DNA of 64,000 nucleotides from Strigamia acuminata (Eukaryota): NCBI GenBank assembly GCA_949358305.1, contig OX442314.1, positions 1,860,001 to 1,924,000 of the forward strand, read 5' to 3'. Shown piece by piece: positions 37,638 to 49,900 of this stretch (position 1 is its first letter; each line of letters starts with the position of its first letter). The notes under the pieces were generated by a model. It saw only the letters and a program-made list of their open reading frames with translations, ran no database searches and was not told where the DNA came from. The position numbers and the translations under genes were made by a program.

Positions 37638-39074
37638 TGTTGTGATCTCAAATGTCACCTTTGCAACTGAGATACAACGGGTTGCCACGACGGGTCTTAT
37701 CAAAACTATTCCCTATTCTAAATATTAAATGAGGAGAAATATTAATGATTAATTAATATTCCTTCTCAGGCTAAGACTTCTTAATAAGATCTGACTTATT
37801 AATAAAATACACTTTACTTGCTTGAAATGACTATTTGTTATTTATTCGGGGAAAATTGGGTTAATTATACAAATAATGCGTAATTTAAACAATACTACTT
37901 TAAATAATACGAATTGTTAGTAAATGGAAACAATAAAACTTCTCCCGCGACGTGGCTGGCTTGCAACGTCGTGGTTTCGTTACCTCTTCTTGATTGTTGC
38001 AGATGGCAACAACGCAACTTGCAAATGGCGAGAATAGTGCCGGGATATCCGGAAAGGACGTGCTTTCGCACTTTTCAACACTACTCACGCTTCTGCAAAC
38101 TCTCCTCCTCGGCGGCTGGCTGTTCAGGTAATTTCTCGGGCCTGAGAAATTCCGTGGCGGCTGGTCGTCGTGGTTCGTCTCGGGCGGCGTCTCGCAATTC
38201 GGGTCCCGTGGTGGTTCCGTAGTCGCGGCGATGTCGTCCGTCTCTCGTGCGTCTCACACAGTGAATCTCGTACAAGTACTTGATTCCTTCTTGATTAAAC
38301 GCTCAAGGTGGCGCCCGCTTGTTAAAGTCCAAGGCTAAGACTCCCTTGCTCTGAGTGCAAAGATAAACTCCCAAATTGTTACACACAATTTGGCTTCAAA
38401 ACTCCACTGAAATCTCAGCTCAAACTGGCTGTTTGAGCAAGATAAATCTAGCCACAGAATCCCTAATGGCAAGACAAATATCTAGCTAACGAATCCCAAT
38501 TAGCAAGATGAACCCTAGCTGCTTTACCCTATCAGCAAGGTGAATCCAAGAACTTTGGCAAAATATCACAAATCAAATAATTACTGTGTTTGTGAACTGG
38601 AGCAATACTTGACATGTTGTGACTGTTTGGAAAGGAGACTTGAACTGAAGTTGTGAGAGCAATTTTTCCCAGAACTCCTAGGTGAATTGCACCACAACTC
38701 CTTATACGAATTTAGATTGCGCCATAACCCTTTATCCGGGAGCAGGATGCACATCCTGTGCACCATCCAGGGCTGGTTGCTGTGGTGATTTTGCATCACC
38801 TGTTCTCCTTGCTCAATGTGGTGCAATATTAAGTATGATTGAGAGAATAAAGAAATTAGTCTTTTTTATATAAGAAATAAAACATCAAAATATTTATTCT
38901 TTTAGATACAGCATAAGGATATTTGGAAAAACGTGATGATTGCTCTGGAATTCTCAATTTTCTCTGTCCAATAAATATTAAAACACTTGGAAAAACACGA
39001 TAAAGCACACAAATTATGATAAGAATATTAAATTGTTCTTTTCAAATCACTCAGTGACCATCATGGCCACTGCA
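37638..39074 (-). repeat. 3' LTR
   Basis: Matches 50387-51823; preceded on the minus strand by PPT AAAAAGAGGGGAAG (about 39075-39088). Confidence 0.95.
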
Positions 39075-39172
39075 CTTCCCCTCTTTTTGCATTGATGCGC
39101 CATCCAAATTTTCTCTTCACCAAACCGCTTAGCCCTCCGGACTAAGGGTAGCAGTGGCATTTTCTGCTCTCA

Positions 39173-41962
39173 CTAAACTGCCTTTACCCTGGGGAATGGC
39201 GGCAGTGGTGGCCGTTCTTCTTCCGACACCGAAAATTTCGGCAAACCCACTGTGGGTCCCGACTGCACTCCCGTGTTAACGTGCATCCAAACGCCTTGGA
39301 TGTGCGCGATCTTATCGATTAGGTTAATGTAATCCATTTCAAACAACTCCCTACGGCTTTTTGGCGGGCGGTGCGCAAATACCACTCTTTGCCGTTGGGT
39401 CGGGTTTCCGGGCTCTCTCAAGGCTCGCTCCAGCCAGGCGAAGGCTTCCTTGCACAGCTTCGGGTTGAAAATGAGAAGCGTGCGTGTCCCTCGCCCAAAT
39501 TGCAGCCGAGGATAGTGACGACGGATCTTCCCGTAGTTGTCGTTATCGCTTTTCTGTCGGGGCTTAATCTCTGCTGACTCGGCACACTCTCGTGTGGGAT
39601 CCTGACTTGAGGTTGTGGTTTTCCCGCTTTGGTGGCTAAGCTCCAACCTCGACAGGTGAGGCACCACATAATTCCCTGCACCGGCTGACCCATACCCCTG
39701 CTCATAACTCGAACATGATGCGAATGAGGTTTCCAACCTTGTGGAGGTGGAGGAGGCCAAACTTGACGTCCTCACCGGTCGCCATCTTGTTTCGGACCCT
39801 GCTGGCTGAACATTTGGCATTGGTCGCCCCCCAAAAGTCTCGGAGTCTCTCCTTAGTTCCATCTCTTCTCGGCGCAGATCCCACTCGTTTCGTAGCCTGA
39901 CAAAGCACTGATCCACGGTTTCCCCATTCTCCAAAGCTCTCAAGATAAGATTACTCCGCAGCAGAACCGGATCGTACAGCACGGAGAGCCAATTCTCCAA
40001 CTTCTCCTCGGTCATGCCCAAGTGTGTGCCCCAAAGTAGACTCGCGGCTGTGAAGGCGTCTTCATCCGTTGTAAATACCCCGGGGAAAAGAAGTCTCTGC
40101 TGGGCCGGAATTGTTAATTTTTGGAATTTTTGCAATCGCCTTTGGGTTTGCTCGTTTAAAGGCCACTCAACAAATTCTTTTGCCCGTCGAATCAAATCGG
40201 CCTGCGCTTCTTTCAATTGTGCTTGCTGATAAAGATCCAACCTTTCCTTAAACTGTTCCAATATTGCCGCTGGGAAACGAAGACAGCAGTCCCATAGGTC
40301 ATAGTAGTGTTTGTCATAGCCCTTCACTGGCCTCATTGCCATGTTGCTCGAATAGTTCATGACTGCCGTATCCGGCATGGGGATCGAGTGGTCCATTCTC
40401 TGAACTCCCCCTACCACGGGCTCTGTGTGTGGATGCTTGTCTTTTACTCGCACTTCCTCTTTGGCTTCCAACTTGGTAAACACATCTTTTCGTTTCAGGT
40501 GTAACATGTTTGATTCCACTTTTGGTTCGAGAGTCCCTGAACGCGGCGGCGGTGGTGGCGATGCACTCCATATTATCGGCGATGGGATGCTCCGCACTGT
40601 CTCTGGTTCTCCACTCTTTGCTCGCGACTCTCCCGATGGCCGTCTGCTCGCGGTTGACCTCATGTCAATGTCTTCATTTACGTCCACGGAAAGGAGCTCT
40701 TCCTCTTGACTGGCCCGCACCAATGAAAGTGGAGAGACTTTACGATCCACTCTGTACTGCGACAATACTTTCCACTCAACGTCTCTGGATGTGGACTCCT
40801 GTGGGCGCTCTTGATAGGTGCCGCTGCTCCCCTGCCAATGCTCGGTGTTTTGCTGTTCTGCCTGCTGCAGAAATTCTGGCGGTATCGGCACAGGAATGTA
40901 GTCTCTGTCTAGAACTCCAACCATTTTGAGCTGATGCAGCTTATACTGTGTTTGCCCGTAGTAGGGTGGTAATCGGTACGTCCCGTCTTCTAATTTCCCG
41001 CCTGTTTGCTCATATTCCTGCTCCTCCTGGAGGTACTCTTCTGCAACTTGGTGCATGTTGGTCCTGAGCTTTGCCATGATTTTCTCCTGGAATTCTCTCT
41101 TGTCGGTTTCCGGACGGAGGAATATTTCTAAATCCTCCAACTCTTCTTCTGTTAGAGGGAATGCCTCCTGCAGCATCTTCGACCCAAATGGCCCTGGCGG
41201 GTCATCTGCCCAAGCGATGACTCGCAGTTCCTCTCTCAATTCTCCATTTGTGCATTGAGCCAACCTCCTTTTGGTCCCGAATCTTTTGTTGGCCGCCGAT
41301 GTAAATATTCTCCTCGCTCGATATGCTGTGTAATCCTTCTCCTGGCAGACTTTCTTATATTTCCTTGGCAGCCGGCCCCGAAAAATACTTCGTTTGGTGA
41401 CAACACTGTTTGGCAGCGCATCCCACGAGTCCGACAAAATTTTCGCCTGAAATTAGATTTTATTTCAATATTTTTGCCTTTTATTTCATTTAAATGGTTG
41501 CGCGCGACATCGTTTTCTATTCGAGTTTGTCTATTTGGATACTAGATGGCGCCAACAACGCCGTTCTATCGCCCAAGTTTATCCATTTCAACACTAGATG
41601 GCGCTCGCGACGCTTTAAATCACGAGGCGGCTTTGAACATTTTCCGGAATCTCTGTTTTGCATAAACCCGTTTAATATTCTCGCTTTGCTGACTTAAATA
41701 TTTGTTTGATTCGCTTCTTTTATGTTGAAGTTACTAAACTTAATCTTTTCCCGGCCTCCTTACGAGTTTTTCTTTCTTTTTTATCGAATTTGCTTTCGTT
41801 AAATTCTCCACGATTCACTCGGTTTAGAAACGATGTCGCCACATTTTAATAATATTTTCTTTTCCCCGATCACAAGTTTTTTATATTCCTTACTGCTTCG
41901 GGCGACATTGCTGCAAGTTCGCTGTCCTCGTACTTCTCATGTGATCTTTTTCGTCCGGCCAT
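39173..41962 (-). CDS. Gypsy ORF3, unknown non-env protein, predicted spliced (41962-41894 joined to 41446-39173, about 780 aa)
   Basis: The 754-aa frame has no early ATG but opens at ctaatttcAG; an upstream ATG mini-exon ends GCA|GTAAGG in matching phase 0. Confidence 0.7.
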
Positions 41963-42222
41963 CCTTGTTTTTTGCAGCCGATCGATGATCTAAAGTTGCC
42001 GAAAGTTTGATTGCGTTAATCTTGGTGAATTTTCCTTCCGCTTTGATTCGATTTCACTCACCAATTGTGATATCTCCTTTCTCTTAATATCGAAACTATT
42101 GCTTATCCAATTTTCCGACTTTGCGTGCGCTTCGTCGTCTTCGAACTCACATGTGAACTCTGAACCTCCAATCATCTTCGAGCTCGCGACGTCATCCACT
42201 TCCTGGATCCCTACTGACGTCA

Positions 42223-45200
42223 TTAGTCCCTCAGCTTGCTCGGGGCTTTCAACTTCGCTCTGTCTCTTAATGTATATTTCGAGGCAGTTTTCTTCTCTCT
42301 TGGCGAAGTTTTTAATAAATTTTTGTATTTGTTTTTGCGTTTTTCTTTTCCACTCCACTCTTCCCCCCTTTTTTGGAGTGATTTTAATTGCTCTTCACCT
42401 CCAAAAAACTCTTTAAGTGGAAATAAAATAGAATTCTCCTTTTCCGCTACATTTTCCGTGTTTTGTGAGCTTTCGTCGTTTTGAATTTCGGCATCCTCTT
42501 GTGCTTGTATTTCTCCTTGCCCACTTCCTATTCTGACTTCGTCGTTTTGAATTTCGACGTCTTTTTGTTTTTGAGAATGTGCCTGTACTTGGGCGACATC
42601 TTCCGGCAACATCTGTAGTTGCGTTTCGACTTTGTCATTCTCCTCATTTCTCGACTCCGGTTGCTTCGCTTGATTTTGAGCGACATCTACCGGTGGCACT
42701 TGCAACTGCGTCTCGACTTCATCGCCTTTATTTATGTTTTCCGAACTTTCTAACTCTGTTTGCGCATTTTCTTCTGAAATTTGTGCATTTTCTTGAATTT
42801 CAGTGTCCTTTTGCACTCGTATTTCATTTTCTAGCTGTGGAGTTTCCTCTGAGATTCCTGTGTTTTCTTGCACGATTTCTTTTGTTGGCGGAATGTCGTC
42901 TAACAATGTGTTGATAACTTCTGCGTCGGGATTACTTTCAGTTTGGCCCTCCACCCAAATTTCTTGGTTGAATTCCGGGAAATAGGGCGTTAATTCCGAT
43001 GTGTGAATTGAGGTGAAAACTTTATTGTCTTTTAAGCGTCTTAACTTCACGGCGCCCCCTTGATGCACTTGTGTGATCACGTAAGGCCCCGTCCTTTTAT
43101 CCGCAATACTGGCGGAAAATCCTCTCGCTGCTCTTGATAGTGCATGATTTTCTCGCCATACTAGGTCGTTTACTCTAAAGTTTTCAAACTTGCTGTCCAA
43201 CTTGTGATCCTCGACACGCTCTCGTAAATCCGTGATATGCGCCTGCATATGTTGATAGGTGTCGCTAATTATTCTCTCTAATTTTTGCACATAAATTTCC
43301 GGACGATCTGGATCAACTTTTAGCATTCCATCAAGTATTCTCGGGTCCCACGGGATGCGAAACTCCCTTGCGCAATTCAAGTAGGCGGGAGAATAGCCAC
43401 GACCTCTTGTGTCCGTGGTTCTAATACTGAAGGCAATTTCTCTTAAAAATTCATCCCACCGGTTGTGGATTGATGTAAAAATTGCAATGATATATTTTAT
43501 ATCTCTATTAAGGCGCTCCACCGGGTTGGCTTGTGGGTGGTAAGGTGACGTGAATTTCGGAGTCATTTTGTACTTTTTGCAAAATTTTTTGTAAAATGCT
43601 GCTTTAAATTGCGGGCCATTGTCCGAAATAATTTTTTGTGCAAAGCCCCAATCCATTGATACGTCGTAAATGCAGTCTGCCACTAGCTGAGCTGTCGGTC
43701 CGTCCATTGGAAATAATATCGGCCATCTTGTCGCAATATCGATTATGACGAAGATGTAGTTATTGCCTTCTTTGGTCCGAGGTTTAGGTCCTGTTAAATC
43801 TGCACTTAGGCATTCGAAAGGAGCGTAGGGTCCAATGTTCGCTGACTCAGTTGTTGTCTTTTTTCTCGGCTTGCACGCCTGACATCTTGTGCAGTGTCGG
43901 ATGAATCGTGACACATCTGCTTTCATGCTCTCCCAAGTGTAAATCTGCTTTATTCGATACATCGTTCTTGAAATTCCGCAGTGACTTGCCAAAGGGTGGC
44001 CGTGCATTAACCACAACACTCGATGTTTCAGCGACTTTGGCACTACCACTTTCAATGCCCTGTTGCTATCATCAAATTCGTCCGTAATCGTGGGATGATA
44101 TCTCATCAATAAACCTTCTTCTAGAATATGTTGCGATGCCCTTTTGCAAAACTTTCGACGCTGGAGTCTCGTTGTGATGTGAGGTGGGAACTGCTGAGTT
44201 TCCAAGTAATGACGTATCCGTTGACATTGCTTGTCAGTGGTTTGGTGATCAATGAAATCCTGCCTTGTTGGTGGAGTGCAATCCATTTGCTCTGTCACTT
44301 TGGCGACAAATGCACCGATCATCTCATTCTCGGTACTTGGAAGATATTGCCATTCCTCCTCTTCTTTCTGCATTTCACTGTGAGCTTCTCCAACGTTATA
44401 GACATTGCACCAGTGTGCAACAAACGGTTCGTCACTAGTGGGCGCTTCTTCTTGCACCGGCAGCTGATTCCAATTTTTAAATTTCCAGTGACGTGACTCT
44501 GTTGGGCAGTAGGAAGTGTCACCGTCAGCTTCACCACTATCCTCATCATTTTCGGGCAAGTCCACTGGTGCTCTTGACATGGCGTCTGCAAGAACATTGG
44601 CTGGTCCTTTTATGTATTGTATTTGGAAATTATAAGACATGAGTTCCATCTGCCATCTTGCGAGTCTTCCTGCAGGTTCCTCAAGTCGCATTAACCATCG
44701 GAGGGCCTGGTGGTCCGTCTGGACTGTAAATGAAGTAAACTCCAAATATGCTCTAAATTTGCGTAGAGCCCAGATGACCGCCAAACACTCTAAGTCGGTT
44801 GCACTATAGTTATTTTCCGCTTGCTGCAGACTCCTGCTGATGTACACACATGGAACCTCAATCATTTGGCCATCAATTTCTTTCTCTTGCATTAATGCAG
44901 CTCCTAACCCCTTTTTGCTCGCATCCGTGTGGACAATCAGCGGCTTGTTAAGGTCGGGCAACATCATTGTCTTTGAGTCGGTCAGTAGAAGCTTAATTTG
45001 GTCGAATGCAGTTTGATGTTCTTCCTTCCACTCAAAATTTACTCCTTTCTTGAGCAATGGTCGCAGTGGCTCTGCAATGGTGGCCAAGTTCTTCAACAGC
45101 CGGTGGAAGAAATTGACCATTCCCAAGAAGCGTTGTAGTTCGGTCAGATTTGTTGGTGGTGGAAACTCTGCGATGGCACTGACTTTCTTTGGGTCGGCTG

Positions 45201-46998
45201 CCACTCCTTCTACTCCCAAACTGAAGCCAAGAAATTTTAGTTGCTTTCTACAAAACTTTGATTTCTCTGGGTTCACATGCAAGTTTGCCTTTTCTAACTT
45301 TTTTAGCACTGAATTTAGATGTTTCATGTGCTGCTCGTATGTCTGTGAAACTATGACGATGTCATCTAAGTAAGCCCAAGCGTAGCTATGGAATGCATCC
45401 CCTAACACTTTCTCAATTAAGCGTTGAAATGTAGTAGGCGCATTTACCAATCCAAATGGCATTACATTAAACATCAATCTCCCAATGGGACTCCAGAAGG
45501 CTGTCTTTGGCCGATCCTCTGGCCGTAGTTCGATTTGCCAGTAGCCTTTGGTCAAATCGATTGTGGAAACCCATTGGAATTCGCCAAGTTCTCGTAGTAT
45601 TTCTGTTATCGTCGGCATTTGTGGCGGGTCATAGCGGGTGTGCTCATTAATTGGCCTGTAATCGATACAGAGTCTTGGGTCTGACCCTGCTTTCGACACT
45701 AGCACAATCCTTGCTGCATAATCTCCCTCTGCCTCTGACACGTAGCCTTTGTCTTTTAATTCTTGACACATTTGTCGCAAAATTTCCCTCTTCTGCGGAT
45801 TCCAGCTTCGAAAGGGCACTCTAATTGGTCTTTCTGTGTCCAATTCGATGTAATGCTGCAGAATGTGCGTTCTGCCGGGCGTTTTTGTCAGAATTTTCTC
45901 ATATCTTTTTAGCACTGTTTCTAATTGCGCGGCTTCATTCAATTGAAGCTTCGCTTCTTCGACTAAATTCGACACTCCATTTCCTACTTTAAGTCGAGCC
46001 TGAAATGCTGCAAAATTCGAGTCTTTCTTGAATGTGCGATAAGTTGATTCAGCATGTTCTTTTTTCTTTTCTAGTCGATCTAGCACTTCTTGTGGAACAT
46101 ATTCGCATGGAATTTTAAAATTGGTGACAAAGTTCCATTTTCCTGTGACGGGGTTCGGTTGTACCCCCATTTGTTTCATGATGTCGTTGCCCATTAATAC
46201 AAATTTTACTTCATGGGGCAGCACCAGAAATGAATGAATCATTGCCCCATGCGACCACCGAAAAGGTATTCGTATTGAACCCAGGGGTTGCACCTTCTTA
46301 TCTGCGGTGTTTATTGCCATGTTGGGTCTTACTTTAGTAACAAACTTCTCCATTCCCAATGCTCGCACTACAGGCAATGAAATGCAGCTCCGATTCGCAC
46401 CTGAATCCAAATTGGTCATTACCCTCCCGTGTTCCGTCACAATCTCCATAGTCGTCATATTTTCCAAAATTTCGTCTTCAGGTATTATGACCTTAAAAAC
46501 TCTTACTCTTTGTGGTATTGACGGAAGTTTGGTCATTTCTTCAATACATGCGTCTACATCTGTCCACGTGCATGGTGCTTCCATCACGTGAGCTTCGATA
46601 GTTGGCTCATTTTCAAAATTTTCCTTCACTTTCGACCAAAACACTAAAGCTTCATTTTCTTCTACTAGTTTTACTTCTTTTAACACTTCGTAAACTTTCT
46701 CTTTAAAAAATGATTTACCAGCGTTTATTGCCTCTTTAATTTTCGTCAAAAGTGATAGTTCTGTCGGTGGAAACTGTATTCCGACAATTTGACCTTTCTT
46801 CATTGTATAAATTATCTCACCCTTCTTTCTCATAGTTCCAATGGCTTCTGGAGGGGTCAAAACCATTTTCAGTGGGGCTACGCTGAATGGGGCGACAACT
46901 ATCTCTTCCATCCGACATTCCTCTGTTATGGCCAGTTCCGAAATTTTTTCTGGCGCGAGTTCCTCTGGCCGTGCAGGAATCGCGCTTACATGTTTTTT
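42223..46998 (-). CDS. pol: Gypsy Pol (PR-RT-RNaseH-IN, acidic low-complexity tail), expressed by -1 frameshift
   Basis: LDSGA protease, YLDD RT, HTDAS RNase H, HHCC zinc finger, DLTGP / SDNGPQF / VERLN integrase and a GPY motif. Confidence 0.95.
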   Translation of the reverse strand, partial: KKHVSAIPARPEELAPEKISELAITEECRMEEIVVAPFSVAPLKMVLTPPEAIGTMRKKGEIIYTMKKGQIVGIQFPPTELSLLTKIKEAINAGKSFFKEKVYEVLKEVKLVEENEALVFWSKVKENFENEPTIEAHVMEAPCTWTDVDACIEEMTKLPSIPQRVRVFKVIIPEDEILENMTTMEIVTEHGRVMTNLDSGANRSCISLPVVRALGMEKFVTKVRPNMAINTADKKVQPLGSIRIPFRWSHGAMIHSFLVLPHEVKFVLMGNDIMKQMGVQPNPVTGKWNFVTNFKIPCEYVPQEVLDRLEKKKEHAESTYRTFKKDSNFAAFQARLKVGNGVSNLVEEAKLQLNEAAQLETVLKRYEKILTKTPGRTHILQHYIELDTERPIRVPFRSWNPQKREILRQMCQELKDKGYVSEAEGDYAARIVLVSKAGSDPRLCIDYRPINEHTRYDPPQMPTITEILRELGEFQWVSTIDLTKGYWQIELRPEDRPKTAFWSPIGRLMFNVMPFGLVNAPTTFQRLIEKVLGDAFHSYAWAYLDDIVIVSQTYEQHMKHLNSVLKKLEKANLHVNPEKSKFCRKQLKFLGFSLGVEGVAADPKKVSAIAEFPPPTNLTELQRFLGMVNFFHRLLKNLATIAEPLRPLLKKGVNFEWKEEHQTAFDQIKLLLTDSKTMMLPDLNKPLIVHTDASKKGLGAALMQEKEIDGQMIEVPCVYISRSLQQAENNYSATDLECLAVIWALRKFRAYLEFTSFTVQTDHQALRWLMRLEEPAGRLARWQMELMSYNFQIQYIKGPANVLADAMSRAPVDLPENDEDSGEADGDTSYCPTESRHWKFKNWNQLPVQEEAPTSDEPFVAHWCNVYNVGEAHSEMQKEEEEWQYLPSTENEMIGAFVAKVTEQMDCTPPTRQDFIDHQTTDKQCQRIRHYLETQQFPPHITTRLQRRKFCKRASQHILEEGLLMRYHPTITDEFDDSNRALKVVVPKSLKHRVLWLMHGHPLASHCGISRTMYRIKQIYTWESMKADVSRFIRHCTRCQACKPRKKTTTESANIGPYAPFECLSADLTGPKPRTKEGNNYIFVIIDIATRWPILFPMDGPTAQLVADCIYDVSMDWGFAQKIISDNGPQFKAAFYKKFCKKYKMTPKFTSPYHPQANPVERLNRDIKYIIAIFTSIHNRWDEFLREIAFSIRTTDTRGRGYSPAYLNCAREFRIPWDPRILDGMLKVDPDRPEIYVQKLERIISDTYQHMQAHITDLRERVEDHKLDSKFENFRVNDLVWRENHALSRAARGFSASIADKRTGPYVITQVHQGGAVKLRRLKDNKVFTSIHTSELTPYFPEFNQEIWVEGQTESNPDAEVINTLLDDIPPTKEIVQENTGISEETPQLENEIRVQKDTEIQENAQISEENAQTELESSENINKGDEVETQLQVPPVDVAQNQAKQPESRNEENDKVETQLQMLPEDVAQVQAHSQKQKDVEIQNDEVRIGSGQGEIQAQEDAEIQNDESSQNTENVAEKENSILFPLKEFFGGEEQLKSLQKRGEEWSGKEKRKNKYKNLLKTSPREKKTASKYTLRDRAKLKAPSKLRD
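46930..46998 (-). promoter_or_regulatory. -1 programmed ribosomal frameshift signal (A_AAA_AAC + H-type pseudoknot)
   Basis: Minus strand reads AAAAAAC ATGTAA GCGCGATTCCT GCAC GGCCAG AGGAACTCGCGC (17 nt) CTGGCC; pol is in the -1 frame. Confidence 0.85.
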
Positions 46999-49900
46999 AG
47001 GCATTCCGTCAATGTACGAATTGCCTTGCGCATCTCCTCTTTGGATACTGGCTTGGGCGGCTGCGTGCATTGTCTCGCCCAATGTCCTATTTGACCACAG
47101 TTGTGGCAAGGTGAAGTTTCGGGCGTTAATTTGACACGTGGAGTTGCTTCAGGCATCTCTTCCGCCTTTCCAGTGTCAACTTTGACCGGTTGCTTATCTT
47201 CCTCGGTGGGTTTAGCTGGCTCAGGCGGCATTGACGTCACCATTTCTTGCGGTGTCTTTCTTATGTCCACCCTAGCGGCTTTCTTTGTTGGCGTTATCGT
47301 GTCTGGTACAGATTTTGGTTGAGTGGGCGGTTGATACTTCGGCGCCGTTGCATTACTTTTTGTAAAGAATGCTTGAGCTGCTTCTATCAAGTCGTCCACA
47401 TCCTGTCGCGTTGGCAAGTTCATCTGATATAAAGTGTGTCCAGTTGGTTCACCGTCGTCGTCCACGTCATGCACCCATTTTGCTGATGGTGTCATCGGAA
47501 CTCTGGGTGGTGGGTGTGGTGAAGCTCCCGAACCTCTTGCCGTTATTACTTTAGTTTCCTTTTGATTGGCCTGAAATCTTGAGCGAGGCTGCATCATTTT
47601 GGAGTTTGCTCTGGTGAATTCCAGTTGCTGTTGTAAGAAGTCCTTTCGCGCTTCTTGTTCCATAAATGGCAGATATTTTAAAAATGTTTCATCAATCAAT
47701 TCTTGATTATCTCTAAGGAATTCTGCTAACTTCTTGAATGAACTTTCCACTGGTACGTGTGTGGTTAAAAGAACACTTTTAGAATACTCTGTTAGTCCTT
47801 TTCGAAACTGTCTGTCTACTGTCGAATCACTCTGATGATCGGGCAAACGTTTCACTAACTCCTCAGTTCTCTTTAAAAATTCTCTAATGTCTTCACCTGG
47901 CATTTGGTGCAAATCGTCCCAATATTTCATTAAAGTCTCTCCAGACTCGCCATATTCTTTGATGAATCCTGCTGCAAATTTATCCCAATTTGTAAATCTA
48001 CTTTCGCAAAACCAATCTGCTGCTCCTCCCGTTAATGCCTTTGGAATTATTCTCTCCAATGCATCTTGTGGATCGGCTCCATGGCTCCTTGCCAATCTTA
48101 GAATTTCATCCAGAAATTGTGTTCCTGCTAACCAACTGCCGTCAAACAAATCTGGATTTATTCTATCCCACTTAATTTCACTTGCTCGCACTATGCGATG
48201 TACCCAATTGACTGCGCAATATTTTCTAATTTTCTTCTGCAAAGCTGCTTCCATTGCCTTTTGTCTTGCAGATTTTCCTGTCAACCCTTCTTGAATCTTG
48301 TCTGAAATAAATTTTTCTAGCCATTCTCTCCCCAACTGTGCCTCTTGATCGTCGTCCTGCATTGATCCGCCTTGTCTCGATCTTGACCGACTGTGACTCC
48401 CCCTTGAGCCTCTACTTCTGTCTCTTGACCTGCTTCGATCGTGGCTCGAGTGATTCCTGTCCTGTCGATCACGATAAGAACCTCCCGGTGGTGGACCTCT
48501 GTCCCGACCTTGATCATGCTGTTGACGTGAGTTTCGTCCTTGGTAGTTCTGTTCGTTTTCTCTGTAAGAACCCCACTCGCTTCGACTTTGGTCGTAATTT
48601 TGACGAGAATTTTCTTCATTTCTGCCTCTTTCAAAAGGTTGACCCGTCCTAATATGTTTACGAGGTTCTCTTTCGCGCTCTGGCGAATAATCACTTTCCT
48701 CGTGAAATTGTGCACCTCTTCCAGCTCCATGCTTGGGTGAATACTTCCTTTTTCCACGATTCTCAGCTGACTGTGCAGTGAAAGTAATTCCTCGTCCTCC
48801 ACTTGTGTTGTCTAGGTTCACATTCCCTTCTCTATTCGCATCAAGTTGATCTTTCAATAATTCTTTGCTCAAGTTTTCCGGATAATCGCTTTTGTAATCC
48901 GTCCCCTGTCTTGACGGATCTCCCGGATTGCATTTATCTTTTCCTGGTGTGTTATATTTCTGATTTCGTTGGTCAATAACATTCAGCAAATTTTTATTTC
49001 TCGTGGGTGAAGCTGTTGATTTTTTGTCGTCTGGTGGAATTATTCCACTCACTTTCCCCCTTTTGATTGGAGCTGACGAGTCTTCAATCATAAATTCTGT
49101 AGGAACTTCTTGTTGCGACTGAGAATACTGTAGTTGCGCCAAATACTTTATTTCTAATAAAGCTTGCTTTGCTCTCTCTGCTTCTTCTTGAGCTTCGAGG
49201 GTCGCTCTTCGCAAATAATCATTCTCATCTTGCACGGCTGTTTCCAATTTTGCCCTTTCTGCTTGGACACGCTTACGTTCTGTTTCTACACGTACTCGTT
49301 CAACTTCTATTTCCTTTCTTTCTTCCAGAAGGTTTTCGTCCATTTTTTGCATAGCTTCCTTATGGCGCAAATCATCCTCTTCCATCCTTTTCTTATCTAA
49401 TAGCACTTGTCTCGTCATTTCTCTTTGCACATCCGCTAGTCGAGTTTTCCCGATATCCATTTGTTTCGTGATTTCGTTTTGTGCATCCGCAAGTCGCGCC
49501 TTTTCGACGGCCATCTGGTCCTGCACGACTTTTAGCTGCTTATCTAATGCTAATTTGAGGTTTTCACGATCCTTACGATGTTTTCTCGCATGACGATCTT
49601 CCATGTGATATTGCTTTATCAATTGATCCTCCTGCAGACGTAAGTTGTGAAATTCTTTTGTTCTCCTCTCAGCATCTTCCACTGCTGCAGTTGCACCTGC
49701 TTGTGTTAGCGGTACGCCTTCTTCATATCTGCGTGCTGTATCGTCAACTGCATCTTGTGTCTCATTAAACAATTGCTGCATCCGAAATCTAACTTCACGT
49801 AATAGTTCACGTGTTGGTGACGTTGTCCCCGACGTGGAAATGCTTCTACTGGACGTTGGCGTTGCACGTCGACTTTCTAGTTCCTTCACACGTTTTCTTG

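Noticed and set aside
38682..38873. Cys-rich 63-aa ORF in the LTR (also 51431-51622) as another toxin-like peptide
   Set aside because: GTG start, no signal peptide, no recognisable Cys framework, antisense to the element.
39173..41437. ORF3 as an envelope glycoprotein
   Set aside because: No evident signal peptide, transmembrane segment or Cys-rich ectodomain.
41990..42358. 122-aa ORF overlapping the end of pol as a fourth gene
   Set aside because: Non-ATG start, low complexity and no motif; cannot be supported without conservation data.
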